Shown here one piece after another: positions 1 to 7,005 of a stretch of DNA of 59,644 bases. The notes beneath the pieces are model-generated. The model did no database searches, had not been told where the DNA came from, and saw only the letters and a list, made by a program, of their open reading frames with translations. The translations under genes and the position numbers were made by a program. This DNA comes from a virus (taxonomy: Duplodnaviria; Caudoviricetes), in IMG/VR virus record IMGVR_UViG_3300048592_000721, positions 1 through 59,644 of that record; one strand, 5' to 3'. The stretch's first letter is position 1, and each line of letters opens with the position of its first letter.

Positions 1-128
1 CCAACGGTTTGCGTTACCCGCGCTGGGGCGGGCGGCGGAACGCCGTCCGACTGGGAAAATGCTGAGGCGTAGAAAAAGGCTTGGAATCGCGCCAGAATCC
101 CCAGCGTCGGGTGCACGCTTTGTTGGGT
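1..128 (-). repeat. attC: integron attC site (cassette 1); also the 127-bp terminal direct repeat
   Basis: Minus strand R'' ACCCAAC lies 11 nt after the stop of ORF 140-811 and R' is GTTGG(CA). The plus (bottom) strand folds GCGT-TACCCG-CGCTGGGG / CCCCAGCG-T-CGGGTG-C-ACGC with two extrahelical bases. Positions 1-127 are identical to 59518-59644. Confidence 0.88.
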
Positions 129-139
129 GCGGTTTTGGA

Positions 140-811
140 TTAATGAGTAAATGCAGAAACGATAAGCAATAGTAAGGGAATTGCTTTATCCGAAACTTCA
201 ACATCGTTTGAGTCGTCGCCTCTCTTGCCGCCGTGAAAAAGATTATTTCTTACAGAATATAAAACATTGACGATTTGTTTTGTTAGGGCAGAGATTTCAT
301 CCTTGCTAACCTCTTTGCCTCCAATATATCGCTCGTATATTTCGGTGTCAATCGGACTCCAGACAGGATTGTCACTTGAAACTGTACGGGCAACAACTAA
401 AACCCCATTCAATTTTTGCCCACGAACATCTTTCTCGATTGGATTACCACGCCATTTTGGAGTTCGATAAACAAAAAACTTTGTACTTTCATGTTTTATT
501 AGTTGTTCTCGTAATTCATCACTAAATTCATCAACGGCATTATCTATTTGCTCTCGCTCTGAAACCAAATCAACCTTCGGGATTAAGAATTTTCCTTCAT
601 GTTTAGTTTCTACCTTTCCGTCAGGTAAATATCGTAACCGAGCCGCTTTGCCGTTGTAGTCAGAAACAACTTGATAGATATTGTTGAAGGCTATCCAAAG
701 ATAGGAATATTTTTCAAATGGGTCGTATTCTTTTTGACTTGATTTAATATTTTTTGCTGATCGAAGCATTGAATATGCTACTTTTGTTTCAAAGGGGGAA
801 AATTGAATCAT
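140..811 (-). CDS. cassette-borne HEPN-like (RxxxxH) putative RNase
   Basis: C-terminal RNNLFH motif and N-terminal YLWIAFN helix. ATG at 811 has an AAAGGA RBS. AT-rich. Confidence 0.6.
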   Translation of the reverse strand: MIQFSPFETKVAYSMLRSAKNIKSSQKEYDPFEKYSYLWIAFNNIYQVVSDYNGKAARLRYLPDGKVETKHEGKFLIPKVDLVSEREQIDNAVDEFSDELREQLIKHESTKFFVYRTPKWRGNPIEKDVRGQKLNGVLVVARTVSSDNPVWSPIDTEIYERYIGGKEVSKDEISALTKQIVNVLYSVRNNLFHGGKRGDDSNDVEVSDKAIPLLLLIVSAFTH

Positions 812-840
812 ATTGATAATTCCTTTGCTTACTGGCGAAG

Positions 841-872
841 CACCCAACTATGTATTTGGACGCCATATAACC
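841..872 (-). other. attI: attI-like primary recombination site
   Basis: Minus strand GCGTCCAAATACATAG|TTGGGTGC resembles attI1 (CGCCCTAAAACAAAG|TT). GTTGGGTGC is complementary to the R'' GCACCCAAC at the other end of cassette 1. No attC hairpin lies upstream. Confidence 0.6.
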
Positions 873-945
873 GCCGAATGACTTATCTGTCTCTTGGATT
901 CTAATGCCTAAATTAATTTAGGATTTTAGGCGGCGATAGATTAAT

Positions 946-1082
946 ATAAAAACCGCCACACGATTTGCGCAGGCGGTAGGATTTGTGCTATGATACTCCC
1001 TATCCGTTACGCGCCCAAATCGCGTAATTCAATTCCAAGCCTCACAGGATTGCAGTCCTGCGGGGCTGATTTTTTTATTATA
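946..1082. ncRNA. bidirectional sRNA/attenuator-like element, copy A
   Basis: Homologous to 17391-17534. Plus strand: TTGCGC..TG-TATGAT promoter, two hairpins, T-tract. Minus strand: TATAAT (1077-1082) and terminator ACCGCC/GGCGGT-TTTT. Confidence 0.6.
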
Positions 1083-1230
1083 GCCGGGAGGAGGGGGATT
1101 CGGAATAGTGTGAGGAATCACGCTTAAAGCGAGAAGCCTTGCAAACTGCAAGGCTTCAATCGTCAGTGCGTGAACTCTGGCTTCACGCTGCCGCTCGCGC
1201 GTCACTTGCCGCGAGCAAAAAATTAGTATG

Positions 1231-1301
1231 AGCGGGGAGCAGGGATCGAACCTGCGCCTACTCGTTGGAAACGAGTCGTCCTACCACTGGACGACCCCCG
1301 C
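1231..1301 (-). tRNA. tRNA-Gly (TCC)
   Basis: Cloverleaf GCGGGGG/TCCCCGC, anticodon arm ACTCG-TTTCCAA-CGAGT, T-arm GGTTCGATCCC. CCA is not encoded. Confidence 0.93.
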
Positions 1302-1351
1302 ATAAATCAATTATAGCACGGCTGTTCTGTTTTGGGTTTATAATTCCATGC

Positions 1352-2734
1352 ATGTTTAGAGGTTCTTTACCGTCAGACGTTCAAGCGATTCTTTGTTCGG
1401 CGGCGTCCACCTGGGGCGGGCGCGACATATACGTCGGGTGCAGCGGCAATTTCACCGTGGAACGCGCCCTGGCTTCACGCGGGGATTACACCCTGCACGG
1501 CAATGATGTGACGATCTACTCGTCCATTGCCGGGGCTTTTCTTGCTGGAGAAAAAGCCAGGCTCGAAATCAAAGACGCGCGTTTCGATTGGCTTTCGCCA
1601 TTTATCGAGACGGGAGAAGGTAAAGCCGCCACCATCTTTCTCGCTTCGCGCCTGGTGGATGGGATGACCTCGACGGGGGAAGTGAAAAACAATGCCTATT
1701 ATGAGCGCATGACCAAAGCCTATAAAGCGCAGTTCCAAAGCCTGCACGAAAAGACCTGCCAGAAGATTGTCAGTCTCAAAATGCGCTTGCAGTCCTACTT
1801 CAATGGCGACGTGATGAAGTTCGTGGACATGGTTCCGCAGGATGCGGCTTTTGTCGTTTACCCGCCTTTCTATGCTGGCGACTATACCAATATGTTCGCA
1901 AAACTCAACCTGATTTTCGATTGGGATGCGCCGACCTTTGGAGAACTCGACGACTCTGTACTTGAAACTCTTTACGAGAAAGTCACGTCAAAAAGCCGAT
2001 GGCTATTCGGGACCGACACGCCACAAGAGAAGTACGCCGACTTCCTGATTGGGCTGGCACGGACAACGAATAGGGGCTTGCCGATGTATCTATATTCCAA
2101 CTCAGGTGAAAAGAAGATCGTCCAGCCCGCGCAGAAAATCGAAGCGGTAAACAATGCGCGGCTTGGCGAGGGAATGCAGATTGGCGAAAAGCTGACAATC
2201 TCAAAGTTGACCTATTCGCAGTTTCAGGCGTTGCGCTCGCAATACATGAATGCCTTTATTCGTCCGGGGCAGGCTTCCGAGGCATACGCCGCTCTGGTGG
2301 ATGGATATATGATCGGTGTATTCGCAATCTCCACGTCGCCGAATCCTGCCCAGGCTTATTTCCCCGACCATATTTATCTGTTATCTGATTTTCCTGTGTC
2401 ACCGACAAGTTACCCGAAGCTGAGTAAACTTGTGTTGTATGCCGCGCTGAGTAAAGAGGCTGTAAAACTCTTTGAGCGCGTGGCGAGAAAACGCATTCGG
2501 TATCTCTACACCACTGCTTTCAGCAACAACTATGAAAGCATGAAATACCGAGGGCTATTCAAGTTGCACAACCGTACTGAGGCGGGACCAAGTGCAACTG
2601 ACCCTTACCAGAAACGATTCAAAATCAACTATGAAGCCGAAGCGGGAAAATGGACGCTCGCAGACGGGCTGAAACTGTGGAAACAAAAACACGGAGAATA
2701 CAGCCAATATGCAAACCAGAGTTATCAGGATTGA
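1352..2734 (+). CDS. putative antirestriction adenine methyltransferase-like protein with C-terminal GNAT/Mom-like region
   Basis: Start MFRGSLP at 1352 (the longer ORF overlaps the tRNA). GCSGNF motif-I-like and YPPFY motif-IV-like segments. Coupled to a ParB-like gene. Confidence 0.55.
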   Translation: MFRGSLPSDVQAILCSAASTWGGRDIYVGCSGNFTVERALASRGDYTLHGNDVTIYSSIAGAFLAGEKARLEIKDARFDWLSPFIETGEGKAATIFLASRLVDGMTSTGEVKNNAYYERMTKAYKAQFQSLHEKTCQKIVSLKMRLQSYFNGDVMKFVDMVPQDAAFVVYPPFYAGDYTNMFAKLNLIFDWDAPTFGELDDSVLETLYEKVTSKSRWLFGTDTPQEKYADFLIGLARTTNRGLPMYLYSNSGEKKIVQPAQKIEAVNNARLGEGMQIGEKLTISKLTYSQFQALRSQYMNAFIRPGQASEAYAALVDGYMIGVFAISTSPNPAQAYFPDHIYLLSDFPVSPTSYPKLSKLVLYAALSKEAVKLFERVARKRIRYLYTTAFSNNYESMKYRGLFKLHNRTEAGPSATDPYQKRFKINYEAEAGKWTLADGLKLWKQKHGEYSQYANQSYQD

Positions 2735-3647
2735 CCCAAGAAAACTGAAACTGCTCGAAGTAAATGCCCATTTCATGAGGCATGAGGTATTCATGCGCCT
2801 GACCGAGAATGTGAAGGAAGACAAGGCGCTTACCTCCGTGCCGTTCTGCGCGATTTACAAATACTTCACCGCCGATGATCCTATTCAGCGACTGGAAGAC
2901 GGGAGTCCTCTGTATGAGGTGCTTTCGGGAAATCATCGCGTGAAAGGGGCGATTGCCGCCGACCTGCCAGAGATAGACGTGATGATCACAGATGACCCGC
3001 TGACGCCTGATAAACGTGCGGCGATTCAACTTTCACACAATGCGCTGATTGGCGAGGATGACCCCGCGACCTTGAAAATGATTTACGGGGGAATTCAAGA
3101 CCTGACCATGCGCCTGTATTCTGGACTCGATGACAAGCGGCTCGATATGCTGGAAAAGGTTTCGCCTGGTGCGCTCGGTGAAGCAAACCTGCAATTCCAG
3201 CCTGTGTCTTTTATGTTCCTGCCCGACGAACTCGAACAAGTCAAAGAGGTTTGGGAAATTGCCAAAAAAGAAGCGGGATCCGCGAAACTACTCTGGCTGG
3301 CGCGGATGACTGAATACGACGCCGTCATGGATGCGCTCGAGGCGACATCCTCGTCCTACGGGGTAAAGAACGTGACCACTGCCTTGATTGCGATTCTCGA
3401 AATATTCACACGTCACATCACTGACCTGAGCGATGGTTATATCACCCAGGACGGCGAGGCAATGAAGGCAATCGGCGCGGTGCCGATTGCCTCGGTGACT
3501 GGGGTGAATATCCCCGCCAAGACTGCTGCGCTGCTCAAAAGAACTCTTGAACGCACGCGCTCGACCATGCCGAAAGGGAAGACAAACATAGACGCTTTAC
3601 ACCAACTTCTTGAACAGTTTTCGGATGGACTGAACGTTAAGAGTTGA
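2709..3647 (+). CDS. ParB/sulfiredoxin N-terminal domain protein
   Basis: YEVLSGNHRV motif and SHNALIGEDD. Typical position upstream of terminase. Confidence 0.75.
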   Translation: MQTRVIRIDPRKLKLLEVNAHFMRHEVFMRLTENVKEDKALTSVPFCAIYKYFTADDPIQRLEDGSPLYEVLSGNHRVKGAIAADLPEIDVMITDDPLTPDKRAAIQLSHNALIGEDDPATLKMIYGGIQDLTMRLYSGLDDKRLDMLEKVSPGALGEANLQFQPVSFMFLPDELEQVKEVWEIAKKEAGSAKLLWLARMTEYDAVMDALEATSSSYGVKNVTTALIAILEIFTRHITDLSDGYITQDGEAMKAIGAVPIASVTGVNIPAKTAALLKRTLERTRSTMPKGKTNIDALHQLLEQFSDGLNVKS

Positions 3648-3652
3648 ACATC

Positions 3653-4213
3653 ATGGCTCGCGGACTAACCAAAGAACGTGAACTGGAGATAGAGAAGCGT
3701 CGCGCCATCGTCGCCGCCAATGTGCTGGCGGGGCTGAATTACCGCGATATGGCGTCGCAATTGAATGTGTCTCTCGGCACGATTGCCAACGATGTGAAGA
3801 TCGTAGCCAGGCGATACCGTGAGGAGCAAATCAGCGAGTATGCCGACATCGTACAGTTGGAAATCCGCAGAATCGACACCGCTCTCAACGGGATTTGGGA
3901 CGGCGTCAAGGCTGGCGACAGAGATGCGGTTACTCTGCTGGTGATGCTCCAAAATCAGCGGGCGAAGTACCTTGCTTTATTCGATCCAGAATTAGACAGG
4001 CTTGGTTTGTTATTCCCGAACTTGAACAACGACCCTGACAAACAAATATCGGTAGAGGAAATACGGCGCAAACGGTGGGAACAGGTTTACCCACAATTGC
4101 AGGAAGTTATAGACGCGGAGGCTAAAGATGTCACAACCCCAAGCGAATTATCAGACGACAACTCCACAGGTGGTGAACCTGCTGGCGGAGTACCCGCAAA
4201 TTCCGCCGGATGA
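3653..4213 (+). CDS. HTH protein, probable terminase small subunit
   Basis: HTH GLNYRDMASQLNVSLGTIAND followed by an RAKYL helix. Located upstream of TerL. Confidence 0.55.
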   Translation: MARGLTKERELEIEKRRAIVAANVLAGLNYRDMASQLNVSLGTIANDVKIVARRYREEQISEYADIVQLEIRRIDTALNGIWDGVKAGDRDAVTLLVMLQNQRAKYLALFDPELDRLGLLFPNLNNDPDKQISVEEIRRKRWEQVYPQLQEVIDAEAKDVTTPSELSDDNSTGGEPAGGVPANSAG

Positions 4214-4364
4214 CGTGCGGGAGATTTTGGACGCACTGATGGTGGTTCGTAACTCGACGGGATGGGGGCGGATCGAGTTTATTATCCTTGCCAGTAACAT
4301 CGAGGATACGAATATCCACATCACCAAGAAACGGCGACCCAAGAAGGCGGAAACTGTAAAATAG
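4128..4364 (+). CDS. small DUF2292/YezD-like protein
   Basis: ILDALM..GWGRIEFII..N pattern resembles YezD (AL..I.YGSVEIVI..G). Immediately precedes the late leader/terminator. Confidence 0.4.
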   Translation: MSQPQANYQTTTPQVVNLLAEYPQIPPDDVREILDALMVVRNSTGWGRIEFIILASNIEDTNIHITKKRRPKKAETVK

Positions 4365-4386
4365 AACGCACGTTTCAAAAATCATG

Positions 4387-4475
4387 TATAATGCGGTTAC
4401 AACCTAGTTAGCCCGACTGATGTCGTCGAACACGGGGCAGATTCCAGCAATGGAATTTGCCCCGTGTATTTTTTT
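4387..4475 (+). promoter_or_regulatory. late-operon leader: -10 TATAAT, GCCYGACTGA-N7-GAA motif, intrinsic terminator
   Basis: TATAAT at 4387-4392, motif at 4411-4430, hairpin 4431-4466 followed by a T-tract. Same architecture at 17574-17679. Confidence 0.6.
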
Positions 4476-4495
4476 AACTTGATAAGGAAAAAGTC

Positions 4496-5017
4496 ATGAA
4501 ACAAATAAAAAAGTTCCTCCCTGTCCTTCTGGCTGTGATCGTGTTGGCAGCCGTGTCTGTTGTTCCTGCATTTGCTCAGGAGCCGACCCCGCCCGTTGTC
4601 GAAGTTATCGAAGTCGTTGATGTCGCGCCGCCCGTCTTTGATTGGTCGAAGATTTCCAACGCACTCGAAGACCTACTGACTGCGTTTCTGCTTCCCACCG
4701 TCGGGTTTGCCGCACGCTGGATGTGGGCGAAGGGCAATGTGGAATATTCCAAACTGACCGACTCGCAGAAAGCCAAATTCAGGGCGTATCTGGAGTCCGC
4801 CGTCTATGCTGCCGAACAGATGAAGTTGAAAGACGAAATTACCGACAAATTCGGCTATGTCATGAAAAAGGCAGAAGGATGGCTGGCGGCGAATCGTCTC
4901 AAAATTGATTTGACCGATGTCGCGCTTGAAGTCAAAGCTATCGTCGCTCACGAGTTCAACATGGGCAAGATTCTCGCCCCGAAATTGCCGAAGACGAATC
5001 CGCCCATCAACGGATAA
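4496..5017 (+). CDS. phage holin, LL-H-like, with N-terminal signal peptide
   Basis: Signal peptide (AFA|Q), TM segment, and AVYAAEQ..KF.YV..AE motif of LL-H holins. Confidence 0.55.
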   Translation: MKQIKKFLPVLLAVIVLAAVSVVPAFAQEPTPPVVEVIEVVDVAPPVFDWSKISNALEDLLTAFLLPTVGFAARWMWAKGNVEYSKLTDSQKAKFRAYLESAVYAAEQMKLKDEITDKFGYVMKKAEGWLAANRLKIDLTDVALEVKAIVAHEFNMGKILAPKLPKTNPPING

Positions 5018-5091
5018 ATTCTCCCATGTGAAGAAGAAAGGATGAAGGGCTTTCGCCTTTCATCCTTATTTGCCACTTATTGGTTGCCGAT

Positions 5092-5517
5092 ATGAAACCA
5101 GAAATCATCATTGCTTTAGCAACTGGAATACCGTCATTGCTTGCCGCATTGATTGCGCTTTTTGTTGCCATACGAAAGACGCCGACAGAGGTCAAAAAAA
5201 ACAAAGCCGAGTCTCACAAGGCAGATGCGGAAGCCGACAACCTGCATGCTCAGGTGGCGGATCGTTGGGCTGAGCATGTGATTGAACTACAGACTCAGGT
5301 TCGAAACCTTGATTTAGACGTGTCGCAGGTAAGACGCGAGAATGAGATGTATCGCATTGAACTTGCTGAGCGGGACCAGGTGATTGCAGACCTGAAAAAC
5401 TGGGCAGAACGCCTGCTTCGCCAACTGCGGAAACATGCGCCGACTGTAAAGCCAGAGGCATATATCAGTCATCATGCCGACATCATCGATGACGGTAGCG
5501 GCATGGCAGGCTGTTGA
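5092..5517 (+). CDS. membrane-anchored coiled-coil protein (lysis accessory?)
   Basis: N-terminal TM helix followed by a coiled coil. Confidence 0.55.
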   Translation: MKPEIIIALATGIPSLLAALIALFVAIRKTPTEVKKNKAESHKADAEADNLHAQVADRWAEHVIELQTQVRNLDLDVSQVRRENEMYRIELAERDQVIADLKNWAERLLRQLRKHAPTVKPEAYISHHADIIDDGSGMAGC

Positions 5518-6982
5518 TGTGCAACCCAAACTTTCCGATAATCTTGTATTCCTTGTTGAGCATTTATCTCTCCCTGACGCTGTCGGCGATCCCGATGCGA
5601 ACTGGGAGAATTTTCAATTATCGCACCTTAACAACCCGTCGCTTTTAGCGATTGAATCAAAGAGCCGTCAGGTTGGCTGGTCATGGCTGGCGGCGGCTGA
5701 GAGTGTGGCAAGCGCGATCAATAACCCGCGTGTGCCGCATATCTTTGTCTCGATCAACCAGGACGAGGCAGGCGAGAAAATCCGCTATGCCAAGGCGGTC
5801 ATCGAGGCGTTGGATGCGGATGTCAGACCCAAACTAAAAACGGACAACCGCTTTGAGTTGGAATTCTCGAACGGTTCGCGCTTGATCTCTCATCCGTGCC
5901 GACCTGTGCGCGGTAAGGCAATAGCCGTCATCTACCTGGATGAATTCGCGCACTATCCGAATGACCGTGAGATTTATCAGTCTGCATTGCCTGCGATTTC
6001 AAAAGGCGGCAAGATGCGGATTGGTTCGTCACCGCTCGGCGCGCGCGGAGTATTTTGGGAGATTTTCACAGAGGCATTCCGAAAATACCCTGGCTATGTG
6101 CGTGGAATGGTTCCGTGGTGGCTCACATCCTCAATGTGCAAGGATGTCAAAATGGCGACTATGGTCGCGCCATCCTTGCCGACAGAGGACAGGGTTTATG
6201 CCTTTGGCACGCCGCGCCTGACTCAAATCTTCGAGAATATGGTACTCGATGATTTCCAGCAGGAATACGAATGCGCCTGGCTCGATGAAGCCGTTTCATG
6301 GATTGATTGGGACTTGATCAAGCGCAACCAATCTTTAGCGGCTGACGAAAAACTCTGGTATCGCAAGGTTCGCGGCGTGGACGCGGCATTGCAGGCTGTG
6401 AACGAAGTCGCTCGAATGTGCATTGAGGCGCGGATCGAGCCGACACTCGTTGGCGGCATGGACATTGGGCGCAAGCATGACACGACTGAAATTATCCTGC
6501 TTGGCAAGAATTCACACCTTTCCAGCCTCCCCTATCGTTTACATGTGTCCCTCGACCGTGTCGAGTTCGAGAAACAGGAGGCTGTGGTAGGAAAAATTCT
6601 CGATGTGCTTCCAGTGACCAATTTCCTAATAGATGATTCTGGACTTGGGACGCAACTGGCAGAAAATATTTCAGGAAAGTACCCACAGGCGCAGGGCGTG
6701 ACCTTCACCAATGATCGCAAGGAACTTTGGGCGGTGGAAGCCAAACTCCGCTGTCAGAAGGGCGAAGCGCAAATCCCTTTGGAGCGCGACCTTGCCTATC
6801 AAATCCACAGTATTCGCCGCAAAGTGACGGGAGCAAATTCGAGCACGTTCGACACAGAAGGCAACGAAAAACATCACGCGGATATGTTTTGGGCGTGGGC
6901 GCTGGCTCTGTGGGCTGGCAAGAGTGACGGCGGCGCGAAAGTCCGCGTAACACCGAACCCGCTGGCACGCAGGCGCGGGTAA
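5474..6982 (+). CDS. terL: terminase large subunit
   Basis: KSRQVGWSW Walker A variant, YLDEFAH Walker B, GMDIG RNase-H motif and HHADMFWA. Start codon uncertain. Confidence 0.92.
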   Translation: MPTSSMTVAAWQAVDVQPKLSDNLVFLVEHLSLPDAVGDPDANWENFQLSHLNNPSLLAIESKSRQVGWSWLAAAESVASAINNPRVPHIFVSINQDEAGEKIRYAKAVIEALDADVRPKLKTDNRFELEFSNGSRLISHPCRPVRGKAIAVIYLDEFAHYPNDREIYQSALPAISKGGKMRIGSSPLGARGVFWEIFTEAFRKYPGYVRGMVPWWLTSSMCKDVKMATMVAPSLPTEDRVYAFGTPRLTQIFENMVLDDFQQEYECAWLDEAVSWIDWDLIKRNQSLAADEKLWYRKVRGVDAALQAVNEVARMCIEARIEPTLVGGMDIGRKHDTTEIILLGKNSHLSSLPYRLHVSLDRVEFEKQEAVVGKILDVLPVTNFLIDDSGLGTQLAENISGKYPQAQGVTFTNDRKELWAVEAKLRCQKGEAQIPLERDLAYQIHSIRRKVTGANSSTFDTEGNEKHHADMFWAWALALWAGKSDGGAKVRVTPNPLARRRG

Positions 6983-7005
6983 CAGGAATACTAGCAGGAT
7001 CATCT

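Noticed and set aside
1265-1351. N-terminal extension of the 489-aa ORF
   Set aside because: It overlaps tRNA-Gly and its promoter. ATG 1352 is the more plausible start.
4411-4470. Hammerhead ribozyme (CTGA...GAA) here and at 17622
   Set aside because: The CUGANGA core and stem II are not satisfied. The stems are better explained as terminators.
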